Origin: Octopus sinensis | Taxonomy: Eukaryota | Direction: 5' to 3' | Length of the DNA stretch: 64,000 nucleotides | NCBI RefSeq assembly: GCF_006345805.1 | Contig: NC_042999.1 | Location: 128,588,001 to 128,652,000 of the forward strand | Part shown: positions 60,671 through 64,000 of the stretch, piece by piece | How the letters are laid out: every line of letters starts with the position of its first letter | Position numbering within the stretch: position 1 is the first letter of the stretch | Position numbers and translations under genes: made by a program | Notes under the pieces: generated by a model | Told to the model about the DNA's origin: nothing | Database searches by the model: none | What the model saw: only the letters and a program-made list of their open reading frames with translations

Positions 60671-61212
60671 AAAGGAAATCGTTGATTAATTTTCTAGTAG
60701 GTGGTGGAGTGGTAGAAATTGTGTAGTACCTGACCACATGCTTTTTGGAAATTAATCCCGTGTCCCTACTTTGTGTTCAAACCCCATCGGGGTTGACTCA
60801 AATATTAAATCTGTATCCCTGCTTTGTTTACAAATACCATCGGGATTGATTCTGATATTCATTGCTATATAGTCGATAGCATAAATACTAGTTGTGTATT
60901 GGATCGAATCATTTGCCTGTACCGATCCTATTTAGAAGCTATGTAAAAAATCTATGTAACCGTAATATATCAGTAAAAATTTTTATCTTTTATGGAAGCG
61001 GGCTTTGGAAGATGAAAGATGAGAATATTAACTATTATTTTTATCTTACAAAATAAAAGAATACTATATTAGTTTTGACTCTACAAACATTCTCAGAACT
61101 ATACGGCTATTGTTGATAAGAAATATACTTGAAGAAAAAAATGTTTGCTTATTTTCTGTGTTCCCTTCTATATGTTAACCTTTGCTACAACTCACCAAAA
61201 TTCTTTTTTTTT

Positions 61213-61467
61213 ATGATGGTGGTGATGATGATGGTGGTGGTCGTCGTCGTCGTCGTCGTCGTCGTGATGGTGGTGGTGGTGGTGGTGGTGGTGGTGGTGG
61301 TGGTGGTGGTGGCGGTGGTGGTGGTGGTGATGATGATGATGGTAGTGGTGGTGGTGACGACGACGACGACGACGACGACGAAGAAGAAGAAGAAGAAGAA
61401 GAAGAAGAAGAAGAAGAAGAAGAAGAAGAAGAAGAAGAAGAAGAAGAAGAAGAAGAAGAAGAAGAAG
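61213..61467. repeat. Compound trinucleotide tract (GAT/GGT/CGT/GAC/GAA)n
   Basis: Direct reading; this is the source of the spurious poly-G/D/E/K/L ORFs. Confidence 0.96.
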
Positions 61468-61559
61468 CCTGGCGGCTATAAATGCTTCGGACAAATTATA
61501 AAAACCATCTTCTGTATATGGTTAACGTTAAACTCCAAGAAAGACATGGTATAGAATAT

Positions 61560-62790
61560 TAGCGAGACGAGGCAAATTAACTTAAATCGAGGACATTAAA
61601 TGAGATGCAGACATAGAAATTGGAGAAACAGGCCAGAAACAGCTGCACAAATAGTTCAGATTATGTTAAACTGATAAGCTACAACATATTGAAATGAAGA
61701 AGAACAGACAAGTGGACACTACAGAATCAAAATATGATAATAGATATAAATAAATTAGCTATCTCAGTTATAAGCTACAGTTTCAACACAGTAAAATGGA
61801 AGTTAATTAGGCTGAAGAACTTGGAGAGAAAACGGAAAACTACTAGTAGTGTTCCGAAGTTGCCGTCACCACCACCACCACCACCCCAAAATTGATTTAA
61901 ATAGGAAATGCATTGTCTGCATTCGGGGACTGGTGCAAAAGAAAAAAAGAAAATATTACTAAACTGTGACAACAATAAGACGACGACATACTTAGAAGCA
62001 AGCCAAGAGAAACTGGTTAATGCAATAAGGGAACATGAAGAAAACAAAACCGATTCTCTATATAAAAGAAAATAATAAAAGGCAAACTAGACGTTTAGTG
62101 CACCGAAAAAAATACTTGGATAAAGACAAAGCAATAGAAATGTTTGAAAAACACAAACACAAAATCCAAGCAAAAAATCCAAAGTATTCTAAAGAAATAA
62201 TGGAAAGAGAATCCATTTTCTGTTCAATACTCTGCGATGCTCGATACAGAGGATGAAAGCCAACCCTAGCACAAAAGCTGTAGCGGGAACAGGAGGTATG
62301 ATTTTAACAGCACAGGACTAACCAAAAATAACTATAAAAATAGAACTATTAAAAATAGGTGACAGAATAACAATGCACTTGGTGCAATGAAACAGTATAT
62401 TACATCATTTCAGGCTTTCTGGGCATTGCTTAGTCCGAAATTATTCACGAAGACAATCTTATCGACAGCTATATCCACTTTAACAGAAAACTAATTAGTA
62501 CTATAAACAGGATATATGACAACGATTGGCGGCAATCCCCTGGGACATGACTTTCAAGACTGATGAAGAAATCAAGACAACCTGTGCAGATATAATAGCC
62601 AAAGGCTAGAACAGTAGATCTCAACGGGGGTCCATATTACTCTTAGGGGCCGCATACATCCTACGTAAAACACTTTCAATACAGTAACCATAAGAGCATC
62701 ACAGCAAACCACAACACGTACCTAAGGCACACAGAGCTGTGCTAGGTAGTGCAGTGAAAGCACGTTATAAAAATAAGTGTACTCAATAAT
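61560..62790 (+). mobile_element. Heavily decayed Dong/R4-type LINE 3' region
   Basis: Fragments YLEASQEKLVNAI and ILLLGAAYILRKTLS, with a 3' UTR matching 44805-45000. Confidence 0.6.
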
Positions 62791-62839
62791 ATCAATATCA
62801 ATGATGATGATGATGATGATGATGATTATAATAATAATG

Positions 62840-62884
<45 letters not shown>

Positions 62885-63209
62885 TAATAATAATAATATA
62901 ATAATTAATAATAATGTACTTTGTTATGTCTTGGATGCCCTGATGCAGTACCAGGCAGTTGCTCTCATGGCTTCTGATCTTAACTGATTGTTAAGTGTTA
63001 TCATGTACATTGTTATGTTTTGGTATAAAAGATAGGCTACACCAAATATTATGCTCAATACCACAGATTTGATTGTCGGTTGTTTGACCTTAACCAGTTG
63101 AGCATGTCCCTTAGTGGCTGACGATATGTGCATCTCTGATCACGAGCAGAAGTAGTGGGGGAACATCATAGCCATGTTTTGAGAGGGATTCTTTGGTCTT
63201 TGAAAAATT

Positions 63210-64000
63210 CACCTCTGGAGACGTGGGTGTTAACATCAAGAGAGGCATATTTCAAGGAGATAGCCTATCACCATTGCTGTTTGTGATTTGTATGATACCC
63301 CACACACAGATACTATGGAAAGTGACATTGGGGTACACTTTGAAAAGTGGAAGAAAATTAAATCATCTGTTATATGTGGATGATTTAAAGAACTTTGGAA
63401 AAACCGAACGTAAAATAAATGGCCTAGTTTCAACAGTGCAGATATTCAGTAAAGATATCGGAATGAAATTTGGGACAAAAAGTGGGGTATGCTTATAATA
63501 CTAAGAGGCAAAATAGTGTTGTCTGATGGTGTAGAGCTACCCAACGGCGATAAAATCAAGGATATTGAGACTAACGGATATAAATATCTGGGGATTTTAG
63601 AATACGACAAAATCAAGGAAAGTGAAATGAAGGAAAGCTTTAGGTGAGAATATCTCAGAAGAACCAAGTTAATTATGGGAAACAGGCTCAATGGAAAAAA
63701 CAAAATCAGAGCAGTGAATACATGGGCTGTTTCCTTAATGCGATACAGTACAGGTGTTGTTAGGTGGACAAAGAAGGAGCTTGAGGAAATGAACAGAAAA
63801 ACTAGAAAAGTGATGACAATCAACAAGGAACTGCACCCTAAAATCGATACTAACAGACTGTATATGCCTAGAAACAGGAGTGGAAGAGGTTTCATAGGAT
63901 GCAAGATCTGTGTTGTCAACAATAAGAACAGTCTGTGATGGTACATCAAACAGCAGAGTGAATCCTTGCTTGCCGCTATTAGAATTAACAATATAATACC
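63210..64000 (+). mobile_element. Dong/R4-type LINE RT fragment running off the window
   Basis: NIKRGIFQGDSLSPLLF, LNHLLYVDDLK, FSKDIGMKFG, YKYLGILE, KIRAVNTWAVSLMRYS, RLYMPRNRSGRG; frameshifts and stops present. Confidence 0.88.

Overview
AT-rich, microsatellite- and transposon-dense animal genomic DNA. The SINE, Dong/R4 and Penelope repertoire looks like that of an octopus; this is inferred from recalled repeat families, not from a search. Only one protein-coding gene is well supported: a two-exon vanin/biotinidase (nitrilase-fold) gene on the minus strand. Exon 1 is 32076-31834, the phase-0 GT-AG intron is 13.4 kb, and exon 2 is 18386-16971, giving 552 aa with a signal peptide and a GPI-type tail. 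Its catalytic Lys and Cys are replaced by Arg and Ser, so it is probably a pseudoenzyme. The rest is TE debris: CR1-, RTE- and Dong/R4-type LINE fragments, Penelope RT and GIY-YIG fragments, mariner/Tc1, hAT-Buster, Helitron and MITE remnants, many tRNA-derived SINEs and simple repeats. The most striking non-coding signal is a set of minimal type-I hammerhead ribozyme motifs from several unrelated sequence families between about 22 and 46 kb. They include a tandem pair spaced 344 nt apart (retrozyme-like), one inside a 114-bp inverted repeat, and two inside a perfect spacer-less 388-bp palindrome. Some near-identical local duplications may be assembly artefacts. All folds and alignments were done by eye.
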